NCBI GenBank assembly: GCA_037917675.1 | Contig: JAVCBW010000005.1 | Span: 93,887-157,886 of the forward strand | Direction of reading: 5' to 3' | Length of the DNA stretch: 64,000 bases | From: Thermoproteota archaeon | Lineage (GTDB): Archaea > Korarchaeota > Korarchaeia > B14-G2 | Position numbers and translations under genes: made by a program | Part shown: piece after piece, positions 18,797-28,645 of the stretch | Position numbering within the stretch: the first letter of the stretch is position 1 | How the letters are laid out: the number at the start of each line of letters is the position of its first letter | Notes under the pieces: generated by a model | What the model was told of the DNA's origin: nothing | What the model saw: only the letters and a program-made list of their open reading frames with translations | Database searches by the model: none

Positions 18797-19405
18797 TTGA
18801 GCAGCGTGAGGGGGAGAGAGCAAATCAAGATAGAGGACTTACCAGAGCCTTTAATAAACATAGAAAATGTAGTTGCCTCTGTTGTGATAAATCAGAGGCT
18901 TGATCTACATAAAATAGAGCAGCTGATACCTGGGGCTACGTTCAATCCAGATAAGTTTCCGGGTCTCATCCTGAAGCTTAAGGAGCCTAAAACAGCCCTT
19001 CTGATCTTTAGTAGCGGTAAGTTCGTTTGCACCGGGGCTAAGTCGGCAGCTACGGTAGCTAGAGCTGTCAATAAGGTTATAGAGATGCTTAACTCTAAGG
19101 GAATAAGAGTTACAGGAAAGCCTTTGATCAAAGTTGAGAACATAGTAGCTTCAGCTAAGCTCTATGTCACGGTAGATCTTGAGAGAGCATCTGTAGAGCT
19201 TGAGGGGACAGTATATGAGCCGGAGCAGTTCCCTGGAATGATACTGAGAATGGAAAACCCTAGCGTCGTCTTTCTGGTGTTCTCCTCTGGAAGCCTAGTG
19301 TGTACAGGAGCCAAAAAGGAGGAAGACGTTTATAAGGCTGTTTATAAGCTTAGAAGGATCCTAGCTGAAAAGGGGCTGATAATAAGCGTGGCTCCTCGAG
19401 AGTGA
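18797..19405 (+). CDS. tbp: TATA-box binding protein.
   Basis: Two direct repeats are present: NIENVVASV...FPGLILKL...LLIFSSGKFVCTGAKS and ENIVASAKL...FPGMILRM...FLVFSSGSLVCTGAKK. The start is non-ATG (TTG/GTG), and a TATA-like tatttataga lies upstream. Confidence 0.9.
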   Translation: MSSVRGREQIKIEDLPEPLINIENVVASVVINQRLDLHKIEQLIPGATFNPDKFPGLILKLKEPKTALLIFSSGKFVCTGAKSAATVARAVNKVIEMLNSKGIRVTGKPLIKVENIVASAKLYVTVDLERASVELEGTVYEPEQFPGMILRMENPSVVFLVFSSGSLVCTGAKKEEDVYKAVYKLRRILAEKGLIISVAPRE

Positions 19406-19409
19406 TAGC

Positions 19410-20498
19410 ATGAGTAGAATAACGGTTTCTGTGATAAAAGCTGATATAGGGAGCCTAGCAGGCCACCATGTTGTTCCAGAGGAGATAAAGGAAGCTGCCA
19501 GGTCGATGCTAAGGGAGGCAGCTGATGAAGGGAAGATAATAGACTACTATGTGACAAACTGTGGAGACGACCTTGAGCTCATAATGACACATAGAAGAGG
19601 AGAAGAGTCACCTGAGATACATGAGCTGGCATTCAAGACGTTTAAGAAGTGTGAGAAGAGGGCTAAGGAGCTCAAGCTCTATGCTGCTGGGCAGGACATA
19701 CTGTCAGATGCATTCTCAGGAAACCTGAGGGGGATGGGGCCTGGCTTCGCTGAACTGGAGTTTGAGGAAAGGCCATCAGATCCTGTCGTTGTGTTCATGG
19801 CAGACAAGACAGAGCCTGGCGCATTCAACCTCCCTCTCTTCAAGGCGTTTGCAGACCCCTTCAACACAGCGGGGCTTGTTATAGACCCTAAGATGCATAG
19901 CGGTTTTGAATTCGAGATTCTAGACGTCGTAGAAGGTAAATCTGTCAGACTGAAGTGTCCTGAGGAAATGTATGACTTACTTGCCTTAATAGGGACTACA
20001 GGAAGATACATAATCAGGAAAGTATACTCTAAGAATGGGGTGCCTGCTGCAGCAGTCAGCACAACAAGGCTTAGCCTCATAGCCGGCAGATATGTTGGAA
20101 AAGATGATCCTGTTGCAGTAGTTAGGGCGCAGGCAGGGCTCCCTGCAGTCGGGGAAGTGCTGGAGGCATTCGCATTCCCACATCTAGTTGCAGGATGGAT
20201 GAGAGGATCTCACTATGGCCCTCTGATGCCAGTTTCAGAGCAGGATGCTAGGTGTACGAGATTTGATGGGCCACCGAGGGTAGTTGCCTTAGGCTTCCAG
20301 GTGTCGGATGGAAAACTGCTTGGACCTGCAGATCTATTTAGGGATCCAGCATTTGATAGAGCTAGGGAGCTATGCAATCAGATAGCAGACTACATGAGGA
20401 GACACGGTCCCTTCATGCCCCATAGGCTTGGTCCAGATGAAATGGAGTATACAACACTGCCTAATGTCCTAGAGAAGCTAAGAGACAGATTCAGGTAG
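19410..20498 (+). CDS. fbp: Fructose-1,6-bisphosphate aldolase/phosphatase (class V FBPase).
   Basis: The N-terminus ITVSVIKADIGSLAGHHVVPEE is diagnostic. The length is 362 aa. Confidence 0.85.
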   Translation: MSRITVSVIKADIGSLAGHHVVPEEIKEAARSMLREAADEGKIIDYYVTNCGDDLELIMTHRRGEESPEIHELAFKTFKKCEKRAKELKLYAAGQDILSDAFSGNLRGMGPGFAELEFEERPSDPVVVFMADKTEPGAFNLPLFKAFADPFNTAGLVIDPKMHSGFEFEILDVVEGKSVRLKCPEEMYDLLALIGTTGRYIIRKVYSKNGVPAAAVSTTRLSLIAGRYVGKDDPVAVVRAQAGLPAVGEVLEAFAFPHLVAGWMRGSHYGPLMPVSEQDARCTRFDGPPRVVALGFQVSDGKLLGPADLFRDPAFDRARELCNQIADYMRRHGPFMPHRLGPDEMEYTTLPNVLEKLRDRFR

Positions 20499-20504
20499 GT
20501 CAGG

Positions 20505-21128
20505 TTGCTGAGCGAGGAAGATGGAGAGTATCTTGTTAAGCTGGCTAGAAGAGCAATAGAGTATTGGCTTGGTGAAAGAAGGTACCTTGAGGTTAAGCAG
20601 GCGCCTAGTAGGCTAAGAGAGAAGAGAGGAGTGTTTGTCACGCTTAACAAGTATCCAGCTATGGAGCTCAGGGGATGTATAGGGTTCCCTTATCCAATAT
20701 ATCCTCTCATAGATGCTGTGACTAGAGCAGCTGTCGCAGCAGCATTTGAGGACCCTAGATTTCCTCCTCTATCTAGAGAGGAGCTTAGTGAAGTAGTTGT
20801 CGAAGTTAGTGTGCTCACGTTTCCTAGTAGGATCTTCGCTAGCTCAGCTGAAGAGTATGCAGAGAGGGTGGTGGTAGGCAGAGATGGTGTCATAGTCAGC
20901 TACCATGGGAGGAGCGGCCTCCTCCTGCCTCAAGTCGCTGTGGAGCAAGGCTGGGATAGTATGGAGTTCCTTAGACACTGCTGCTATAAGGCTCTTCTCC
21001 CGGAGACGATACTAGATAGTCCAGATGTTGAAGTCTATACCTTCCAGGCAGAGATATTTGCGGAAGAAGAGCCTGGTGGAGTTGTGAAGAGAGTTGAGCT
21101 TAAGGCTGTGAGGAAGCATCAATTATAG
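20505..21128 (+). CDS. AMMECR1-domain protein.
   Basis: The LRGCIGFPYP motif is present and the size is typical. Confidence 0.75.
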   Translation: MLSEEDGEYLVKLARRAIEYWLGERRYLEVKQAPSRLREKRGVFVTLNKYPAMELRGCIGFPYPIYPLIDAVTRAAVAAAFEDPRFPPLSREELSEVVVEVSVLTFPSRIFASSAEEYAERVVVGRDGVIVSYHGRSGLLLPQVAVEQGWDSMEFLRHCCYKALLPETILDSPDVEVYTFQAEIFAEEEPGGVVKRVELKAVRKHQL

Positions 21129-21645
21129 CCCTCCTAATAGCATTCAACACTCTTCTAGAGGACCTCTCGTCTCTGAGGTTATATACTACTATCCTCCTCA
21201 AGATCCCTCTTTCACCCTCTATCTTCCAGTCGATAGCCTGCTTGGGATCTAACTCCCCACTCTTAGCCTTCCTCAGGTCTTCCTCTCTCATGGGATATAG
21301 CACCTTAGCAACAAGGAAATTTCTTATGGGCTCTGAATCTACTCTGAGAGCTATACCCTCAGATGGTGTGAAAACAAGCATGTTCTCATACTCTACAACC
21401 CTTCCAAGGACGATGCCATCAGGCTTTTTGACAGGTATAGTATGCTCCTCGGGTCTCTCGATGAGCATCTGATCTGCTGTCATAATGCTCTTAGATGCTG
21501 CAAGAGATTCCAGAACTGCTATAAGCTTTCGTAGAAGCTTCTCCCTGCGCTGAACTTCCTCTAGCTCCCTCATCAGCTCAGCTCTGACCTCCATTATCTC
21601 CGCTAGAAGCTTGAACTCATCAGGCTTCTTTGAGCTCAATGACAT
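21100..21645 (-). CDS. Hypothetical protein with a coiled-coil N-terminus.
   Basis: It is 181 aa with a charged heptad-like N-terminus. No recognisable motif was found. Confidence 0.35.
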   Translation of the reverse strand: MSLSSKKPDEFKLLAEIMEVRAELMRELEEVQRREKLLRKLIAVLESLAASKSIMTADQMLIERPEEHTIPVKKPDGIVLGRVVEYENMLVFTPSEGIALRVDSEPIRNFLVAKVLYPMREEDLRKAKSGELDPKQAIDWKIEGERGILRRIVVYNLRDERSSRRVLNAIRRAIIDASSQP

Positions 21646-21713
21646 GGCAGCAACCCAGCTGACACCATGAGAACTTATTTTAATGTTATCTGCCTACTAG
21701 CTTGAGAGCAGAT

Positions 21714-23132
21714 ATGGAGGAAAGTGAAGCTCTAGAGGCCTTGTTCTACCCGAAAAGCATAGCTGTGATAGGAGCCTCTAGGGATCCAAGGAAGATAGGA
21801 TATCAGGTTCTTAGGAGCCTAGTAGAATATGGCTACCAGGGTAGGGTATATGCTGTAAACCCTGTAGCTGATAGCATTCTTGGAGCCAAGTGCTATAAGA
21901 GTGTCCTGGAGATACCAGAGAACATAGACTTAGCTGTCCTAGTTGTGAAAGCAGAAGATGCAGTAAGAGTAGTCAGGGAGTGCGTGAGAAAGGGAGCTAA
22001 GGGAATAATAGTGGTTTCAGGAGGATTCAAGGAGAGGGGAGAGGAGGGAGAAAAGCTTGAGAGAGAAGTAGTCCATGTGGCTAGGGCACATGGTGCACGT
22101 GTAGTAGGCCCAAACTGCATTGGAGTATACAACTCAAGCAATAAGCTAGACACGCTATTTCAGGCAGCTGAGAGGTGTCTAAGGCCAGGTAAGGGGCCTC
22201 TTGCCTTCATATCCCAGTCTGGTACATTTAGCCTGGCCATGTTGGAGTGGGCTGCTGAAAGCAAGCTTGGGGTCTCCAAATTCGTCAGCATTGGAAATAG
22301 ATGTGACCTGACAGAAGCTGAGCTGCTAGAGTACCTTACAAAAGACCCTGAAACGCATGTTATAGCCATGTACATGGAGAGCATACCTGATGGGAGGAAG
22401 CTTCTTGCAGCAATAAAGAGAGCAGCTGGTAGAAAACCTGTCATAGCGCTTCTCGTCGGGAGAAGCGGAGAGGGAGCTATTGGAGCAAAGTTCCATACAG
22501 GTAGGCTTGCTGGAGACTACAAGAGGGCAGCTGGAGCACTCAGGCAGGCTGGAGCAATACTAGCTGACACGATACACCAGCTATTTGATTACGCCAAGGC
22601 ACTAGCTTGGCAGCCTCTCCCACCCGGAAATAGAGTGGGCTTTGTGACAAATGGAGCAGGGCCTGTCGTCATAGCACTCGATAAGCTCAGCGAGTGGAGG
22701 CTTAAGCTCGCTGAGCTAAGTGACGCTACGCTCCAGAAGCTTGGAGAGAGGCTGCCAGCATACACCCAGTCAGAGCAAAATCCAGTTGACCTCACAGGGT
22801 CTGCTACAAGCTTAGATTTCAGAGAGGCTCTAGATGTCCTTCTTAACAGCAGAGAAGTTGACATAGTCATGCCATTCTTTGTCTTCCAGGATACGCCGCT
22901 AGATGAAGGTATAGTCGACGTTATGCGAGAGATATCAGGTAGAGCAATGAGCCTTAAGAAGCCTGTAATCTGCTGTGCTATGGGAGGCCCTTACACTAGG
23001 ATGATGTCTTCTAAGGTTGAGGAGAGCAGGATACCAGTGTATGATAGCCCTGAGAGAGCGCTATCAGCTGCATGGGCTCTTTGCAGGTACTCAGAGGTCA
23101 GAAGGCGGCTTGGAGCAAGAGAATCTACTTGA
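21714..23132 (+). CDS. ADP-forming acetyl-CoA synthetase alpha subunit (CoA-binding plus ligase-CoA domains).
   Basis: Supporting sequences are YPKSIAVIGASRDPRKIGY and NCIGV, with the length and domain order of ACD-alpha. The ATG at 21714 is preferred over the track's TTG at 21702. Confidence 0.75.
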   Translation: MEESEALEALFYPKSIAVIGASRDPRKIGYQVLRSLVEYGYQGRVYAVNPVADSILGAKCYKSVLEIPENIDLAVLVVKAEDAVRVVRECVRKGAKGIIVVSGGFKERGEEGEKLEREVVHVARAHGARVVGPNCIGVYNSSNKLDTLFQAAERCLRPGKGPLAFISQSGTFSLAMLEWAAESKLGVSKFVSIGNRCDLTEAELLEYLTKDPETHVIAMYMESIPDGRKLLAAIKRAAGRKPVIALLVGRSGEGAIGAKFHTGRLAGDYKRAAGALRQAGAILADTIHQLFDYAKALAWQPLPPGNRVGFVTNGAGPVVIALDKLSEWRLKLAELSDATLQKLGERLPAYTQSEQNPVDLTGSATSLDFREALDVLLNSREVDIVMPFFVFQDTPLDEGIVDVMREISGRAMSLKKPVICCAMGGPYTRMMSSKVEESRIPVYDSPERALSAAWALCRYSEVRRRLGAREST

Positions 23133-23886
23133 AGTATGCTTGGTCTAAAGTAGAGTATAGAGCTTCAAGCCCTCTACCATCCATAGCACTGACTTCAGTC
23201 AGGGGATAGGGGAGCCCTGTCTCCTCTAAGAGCCTCAGAAATGACATGGCTATGGTCTTATACCGGTCAGATGACTCCAATACCTGAGAGAGAACAGCTT
23301 CTCTGAGCTCTTCATATGAGGACAGAAGGTGGGTAATTCTCCTCCTGTCTGCCTCGCTAAGCAGGTCAGTCTTGTTTATTATGGTGTACACTGGTATGTT
23401 CAGCCTGAACTCAGCTATCTTTGACATCACTAAGCTCGTTAGGAGGGAGTCTACCTTCATCAGCGCAGGAGCACTTACAAGGAATACTCCAATGATGCGG
23501 GACATCCTGGATAGTGATGAGACGACCTCGGAGGAGATCTCTCTCATTATAAAGAGCTCCATCTGGCCTGGTGTATCTATCACAATGTAGTCTGCATTGA
23601 AGGCTCCTATGTCGCTTACAAGCTTGCTAAGATGCTCTGAGATCATGTCACATGAGAGAATGAGGGCTCCATTAGGCCCTAGTTGGTACTCTCTTATCAC
23701 ACTCTCATAGCTCACATACTCCCTTATGTCGACATCTGGGTCATATGGGACCTCTATGACTGCTGGATCAAGATTTACGAGGCATGTTGTCTCACCATAG
23801 CTGTCTAGCAGCTCTGAGAAGGCCTTTGTGAAGAAGGTCTTACCTACCCCAGCTAAGCCAAGTACAAGTAGAGAGAGAGGCAGCAT
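23125..23886 (-). CDS. GPN-loop GTPase.
   Basis: A P-loop (GLAGVGKTF), the GPN motif (QLGPNGAL) and DTPGQMELF are present. Confidence 0.8.
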   Translation of the reverse strand: MLPLSLLVLGLAGVGKTFFTKAFSELLDSYGETTCLVNLDPAVIEVPYDPDVDIREYVSYESVIREYQLGPNGALILSCDMISEHLSKLVSDIGAFNADYIVIDTPGQMELFIMREISSEVVSSLSRMSRIIGVFLVSAPALMKVDSLLTSLVMSKIAEFRLNIPVYTIINKTDLLSEADRRRITHLLSSYEELREAVLSQVLESSDRYKTIAMSFLRLLEETGLPYPLTEVSAMDGRGLEALYSTLDQAYFK

Positions 23887-23935
23887 AGGTACCTAGCTAA
23901 GAGTCTAATAAAAGTGGGGTAGCGGAGAGGTTAAG

Positions 23936-24256
23936 TTAAATCTTCCTCTCCAGCTCGATCTCTATTACGCTAATCCCTCGTCTCTCTCCTGTTTCATCGA
24001 AGATCTCTTCTGTCCCTGTTCTGATATCAGAGACCCTCAGAAGCCCCTGCAGGTACTTGAGCCTTAGAATCTCTGCTACATCGACTGCCCTAGATATCGA
24101 CCTCCCTCTAGCCTTTAAGACGACCTTCTTCGCACCCTGGTTTATCTGGAGGACTGTAGCCATGACATAGCTTGTAGCAGGCTTCTTACCTATGTAGACG
24201 ACACCTACTTCTCCTCTGGACAAACTGCTCACCTCATGGTAGGTGATTAACCTCAC
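23936..24256 (-). CDS. albA: Alba (Sso10b) chromatin protein.
   Basis: The sequences VLKARGRSISRAVDVAEILR and IDETGERRGISVIEIELERKI are typical of Alba. Confidence 0.85.
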   Translation of the reverse strand: MRLITYHEVSSLSRGEVGVVYIGKKPATSYVMATVLQINQGAKKVVLKARGRSISRAVDVAEILRLKYLQGLLRVSDIRTGTEEIFDETGERRGISVIEIELERKI

Positions 24257-24285
24257 ATAGAGGAGGCATTTTAACTTTTCTCCAG

Positions 24286-24534
24286 CTACCTTAGGAGCTC
24301 TTTGACATCAATCCTGCAGACTCTACCTCCTTTGGTAGCTCTTTCTATTACTATAGGAAGTACGCCAGCTTCAAGCTCTCTCTCAGCTATCTCAGTTGGA
24401 GAACGGATGTGAGGAGGGATGTCGCTGAGCAGTGGAGGAGCACCCTTAGCCAGCTGCAGAGCTCTTATCGTGATAATCTTCACCTTCTCGTATTTTGTCA
24501 GCCTTTTGGGGCCTAGCTTGCACCAGCTGTTCAC
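24286..24534 (-). CDS. rpoK: RNA polymerase subunit K (RpoK/Rpb6).
   Basis: The sequences LTKYEKVKIITIRALQLAKGAPPLL and IAERELEAG are present. Confidence 0.8.
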   Translation of the reverse strand: MNSWCKLGPKRLTKYEKVKIITIRALQLAKGAPPLLSDIPPHIRSPTEIAERELEAGVLPIVIERATKGGRVCRIDVKELLR

Positions 24535-26156
24535 TCGAATCCACCGTATTCTTCTTTGCCCTTCTTCTCCTCTTTGGCCTTGCCAGCAGCTATCACGTCA
24601 TCTATCCTGAGTATAGATTCTGCGGTCTCTGCTGCAGACTTTATCACTTGCCTCTTTACTCTAGCAGGCTCTAGGATGCCCTTCTCCTTCATGTCCACTA
24701 TCTCTCCTGTCTCTAGGTCTACTCCAGCATGCTTGTTGCCCTCTGTGTGGGCCTTTACAAGCTCAGCTGACTTGGTTACCACGTCGAAGCCTGAGTTTTC
24801 TATCAGTATCTTTGGTATGCTCATGACTGCGTTTGCAAACTTGTTTACTATGAGCTGCTCTTTGCCACCTAGTGTCTTGGCATATTCTTGTAGTGCAAGT
24901 GACACTTCAGTTTCTATAGCCCCTCCTCCAACAACTATCTCTTGATCTTCTATCGCGTTTCTGACGACTGAGAGTGCGTCTTTGAGAGTTCTTTCAGCTT
25001 CATCTATTATCTGCTTAGTCCCGCCTCTAAGCAGTATTGAGATGGATCTGGGGTTCTTGCAGCCCTCAACGAACACCATCTTGTCCTCTCCGACTATCCT
25101 CTCCTCTACTAGCTCTGCTTCACCTAGGTCGCTTGGCTTCAGGTCTCTTATGTTGGCTACCACATTGGCGCCTGTCGCTCTCGCTAGCTTCTCCATATCA
25201 GACTTCTTTACCCTCCTGACTGCTAGTATGCCTAGCTGAGCTAGGAAGTGCTGTGCTACATCGTCTATTCCCTTCTGGCAGAAAACTACGTTTGCTCCAA
25301 CCTCCTTTATCTTCTCCACCATATCCCTTAATATCTCCTTCTCCTTCTCCTTGAACTTCCTCATCATCTCTGGTGAGGTTATGTTGATCTTTGAGTCATA
25401 CTCTAGCTTCTCTATCTCTAGTGGTGCCTGTATGAGAGCTATCTTTGCATTCTCTATCCTCTTTGGCATCTCCGGGTGTACTACCTCCTTGTCTACCACT
25501 ACACCTCTTATCAGCTGGCTATCATATACGCTTTTGCCATCCTTCTTCTCTATCTTTACATTGTCAAGGTCTGCGACTATTTTCCCATCCCTCTCCTCTG
25601 CTACAGCTAGGATTGCCTCTACAGCTAGGTCAGCTAAGTACTCTCTTGCATAGTATGCTGCCTTAGTTGCCATCGAGACCATAGCTATCTTTTTCAGAAC
25701 ATCCTTATCTCTCCAGTCTATCTTGATTTTCAGCTCTTCTATCGCCTCTAGGGCCTTTCTAGCAGCCTTTCTGTATGCCTCTACTATTAGTGTCGGGTGG
25801 ATTTCCAGATCTATCAGCTCTTCAGCTGCCTTGAGGAGTTCGCCTGTCAATATGACTGATGTCGTTGTTCCATCTCCAGCCTCCTGATCTGTGGCTTTAG
25901 CTACCTCAACCATCATCTTTGCTACTGGATGCTCGACTTCTATCTCTTTCATGACAGTAGCTCCATCTCCTGTGACCACTACGTCGCCGAAGGAGTCTAC
26001 TAGCATCTTCATCATGGACTTTGGCCCTAGTGTCGTTCGCACTGCATCTGCCACAGCCTTTGCTACACTTATGTTTGTCCTTAGAGCCTCTCTACCTCTA
26101 ACTCGGGTAGTGCCTTCCTTCAGGATTAAGACAGGGATCCCCTGTCCTGCCATCAT
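24531..26156 (-). CDS. Thermosome subunit (group II chaperonin).
   Basis: Supporting features are the N-terminus ...[42 protein letters not shown] and GGGA, at 541 aa. Confidence 0.9.
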   Translation of the reverse strand: MMAGQGIPVLILKEGTTRVRGREALRTNISVAKAVADAVRTTLGPKSMMKMLVDSFGDVVVTGDGATVMKEIEVEHPVAKMMVEVAKATDQEAGDGTTTSVILTGELLKAAEELIDLEIHPTLIVEAYRKAARKALEAIEELKIKIDWRDKDVLKKIAMVSMATKAAYYAREYLADLAVEAILAVAEERDGKIVADLDNVKIEKKDGKSVYDSQLIRGVVVDKEVVHPEMPKRIENAKIALIQAPLEIEKLEYDSKINITSPEMMRKFKEKEKEILRDMVEKIKEVGANVVFCQKGIDDVAQHFLAQLGILAVRRVKKSDMEKLARATGANVVANIRDLKPSDLGEAELVEERIVGEDKMVFVEGCKNPRSISILLRGGTKQIIDEAERTLKDALSVVRNAIEDQEIVVGGGAIETEVSLALQEYAKTLGGKEQLIVNKFANAVMSIPKILIENSGFDVVTKSAELVKAHTEGNKHAGVDLETGEIVDMKEKGILEPARVKRQVIKSAAETAESILRIDDVIAAGKAKEEKKGKEEYGGFE

Positions 26157-26249
26157 TCAAATCACCTACAACTTTGGTATGAGCGTCATGACAGCATTTC
26201 ATGAATGCTACTCTATAGCTTAGGATCATGTGGGTGGATTTAAACTTTT

Positions 26250-26279
26250 AGCTATACTGTATCAGGTCGCAGTATAGCT
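26250..26279. promoter_or_regulatory. Perfect 10-bp inverted repeat (AGCTATACTG-N10-CAGTATAGCT) in the divergent thermosome/Lhr intergenic region. It is a candidate operator.
   Basis: Read directly from the sequence. It lies immediately downstream of a TATA-like ggatttaaactttta (26238-26251) and about 40 nt upstream of the lhr-like ATG. Confidence 0.4.
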
Positions 26280-26320
26280 GATGTTACGCTTTATTAGCAT
26301 GAACAGCAGTTGAGCTCTAT

Positions 26321-28645
26321 ATGGCTATCAAGGGAGCATTTAGGATGCTTAGACCTGAGATCAAGGCTTGGCTTGAAGACTATGGGATATCAGAGCCTAC
26401 CCCTGTTCAGGAGAGGTGCATTCCTCTCGTCCTAAGCGGAGTGAATGTGCTAGTGTCGTCTCCTACAGGCACAGGTAAGACCGAGGCTGCTGTCTTACCT
26501 ATAGCGAGTAAGATGCTGGATGCTAAAGCCAGCAGAGCTATAGCCCTATATGTGACGCCACTTAGAGCTCTCAATAGAGATGTTTTCAGTAGACTTCAGG
26601 CTCTCTTCAGGGTGGTGGGACTTGAGATATCTGTGAGGCATGGAGATACACCTGAGAGTATAAGGAGAAAGCAGGCTGCTAAGCTGCCAGACATGCTTGT
26701 AACCACCCCTGAAACCCTTCAGATAATGTTGGGAGGGAGAAGGCTCAGAGAAGGGCTCTCTGCTGTCAGGTTCGTTGTAGTAGATGAGGTACACCAGCTA
26801 GCGTTCAACAAGAGGGGAGCTCAGCTCTCTGCTGGGCTAGAGAGGCTTAGAGAGCTGGCAGGAGACTTCCAGGTTGTTGGGCTCTCCGCTACGGTAGGTG
26901 CTCTGGACGAGGCTGCTAAGGTCCTGTTTGGCTCTAGAAGCTATGAGATAGTTGACATGGGTGGAGTTAAGAAGTTTGAAGCTGAAGTCATCATGGTGGG
27001 GGAGCTGGGTGAGAGAGAAGTCTGCAAAGCTATAAGCAAAGCCTGTAGAGGAGCTAGGTCAGCTCTAGTGTTCACCAATACCAGAGCTACGGCAGAATAC
27101 ATAGCTTCAGCTATGAGCAGATACAGCTCAGAGAGCGGGGTGCATCATAGCTCACTGTCTAAGGAGATGAGGCTTGCAGCAGAGGAGGGGCTTAGGTCAG
27201 GGAAAGTTAGGCTTCTGGTGTGTACGAGCTCTCTTGAGCTGGGAATAGACATAGGGACTGTAGACATAGTTGTTCAGTACATGTCTCCTAGGCAGGTTAC
27301 TAGGTTCCTGCAGAGGGTAGGTAGGTCTGGGCACAAGCCTACATCGACATCTAGGGGGGTTGTGCTCGCTACAAGCTGGGAAGACGCGCTTGAGGCCTCA
27401 GCTATAATCAGGAGGGCTAAGCTCGGGGAGCTCGATGCAGAATCTCCTCCCGAAGCTCCATTTGATGTCTTATGCCACCAGCTTGCAGGTCTGATCATAG
27501 AGAGAAAGGCTGTGCCATTAGAATATGCTGTCAGAGTTCTCAGGAGATCTCATCTATATAGGGGGCTCAGTGTGAGAGATCTCCTCAAGGTGCTTGGCTA
27601 CATGGCTGAGAGATGGCCTAAGCTGGCTGTTGTAAAGGATGGGGTAGCTAGAAAGCCACCAGATGCAAGTACACTGTACAAGTACTATTTTGACTGTGTC
27701 TCGATGATACCAGATATAAAGACGTTTGAGGCTGTGGACGAAGATGGAAGGAGAATTGGAGTGTTAGATGAGCCTTTTGTACTAGAGTACTGCAGAAAGG
27801 GGAGCAGGGTGGTAATTGGAGGACGTACATGGCGTGTTGTGGAAGTGAGAGGAGATAGGGTTGTCTTGAAGACAGCTAGTGATGAGGGGGGAGTCGTACC
27901 TAGCTGGATAGGAGAGGACCTTCCAGTTTCACTTGAAATAGCTGAAGAAGTCGGGTCCATGAGAGAGAAGGTGGAGAAGGGAGTTAGGTTGGGAAGCGAA
28001 GCTAGCGTGCTTGATGAGCTATCAGAGACCTACCCATTCTGCGACCCTAAGGCATTCAGAGAGTTAGTTAACAGTGTTAGATGGGCGCTGACTAGGGAGA
28101 TGGAGATACCCTCTCCTAACAGAGTTGTCATAGAGGAAGCTGGAGAGTTTACTGTCGTACACAGCTGCTTTGGGACACGCGTAAATAGAGCTCTAGGAGA
28201 CATGCTCAGGTGGATGCTACGTGACTTCAGAGCTGATGTAAGGGTCGTTGTAGACCCATATAGAGTTTATTTAGTTCCAGCTATCCCATGTAAGCTTGTT
28301 GTCGATTCTCTTCAGAGAGCTGATCTGAGTAGCGTAGAGGAGTTGCTGCTTAGCCAACCTGATCTGCCTACTCTTAGGAGGAGACTTGTTAACGTAGCTA
28401 AGAGGTTTGGCGCCATAGACAGGGAGGTAAGTGCTGTCGACTTGCCGCCTATCAGGCTGTTTGACATGTTCTATGGTACGCCAGTTCTTGATGAAGCTAT
28501 CAAGGAGGTTTTACAGATAGACTATGACTTCGAGGGAGTAAAGCAGGTTTTAGATGGCATTAGATCAGGTAGGCTGGAGCAGGCATGCTTCACTTGCCGT
28601 GGTGGAAGCCCCTTTGCTAGGATTGGGATATGGAGAGTCAGCTAG
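26321..28645 (+). CDS. Lhr-like DEAH/DEVH-box helicase (SF2).
   Basis: Motifs present are motif I SSPTGTGKT, motif II VVVDEVHQL, SAT (LSATVG) and motif VI QRVGRSGH, with a winged-helix and extended C-terminal region. Confidence 0.65.
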   Translation: MAIKGAFRMLRPEIKAWLEDYGISEPTPVQERCIPLVLSGVNVLVSSPTGTGKTEAAVLPIASKMLDAKASRAIALYVTPLRALNRDVFSRLQALFRVVGLEISVRHGDTPESIRRKQAAKLPDMLVTTPETLQIMLGGRRLREGLSAVRFVVVDEVHQLAFNKRGAQLSAGLERLRELAGDFQVVGLSATVGALDEAAKVLFGSRSYEIVDMGGVKKFEAEVIMVGELGEREVCKAISKACRGARSALVFTNTRATAEYIASAMSRYSSESGVHHSSLSKEMRLAAEEGLRSGKVRLLVCTSSLELGIDIGTVDIVVQYMSPRQVTRFLQRVGRSGHKPTSTSRGVVLATSWEDALEASAIIRRAKLGELDAESPPEAPFDVLCHQLAGLIIERKAVPLEYAVRVLRRSHLYRGLSVRDLLKVLGYMAERWPKLAVVKDGVARKPPDASTLYKYYFDCVSMIPDIKTFEAVDEDGRRIGVLDEPFVLEYCRKGSRVVIGGRTWRVVEVRGDRVVLKTASDEGGVVPSWIGEDLPVSLEIAEEVGSMREKVEKGVRLGSEASVLDELSETYPFCDPKAFRELVNSVRWALTREMEIPSPNRVVIEEAGEFTVVHSCFGTRVNRALGDMLRWMLRDFRADVRVVVDPYRVYLVPAIPCKLVVDSLQRADLSSVEELLLSQPDLPTLRRRLVNVAKRFGAIDREVSAVDLPPIRLFDMFYGTPVLDEAIKEVLQIDYDFEGVKQVLDGIRSGRLEQACFTCRGGSPFARIGIWRVS

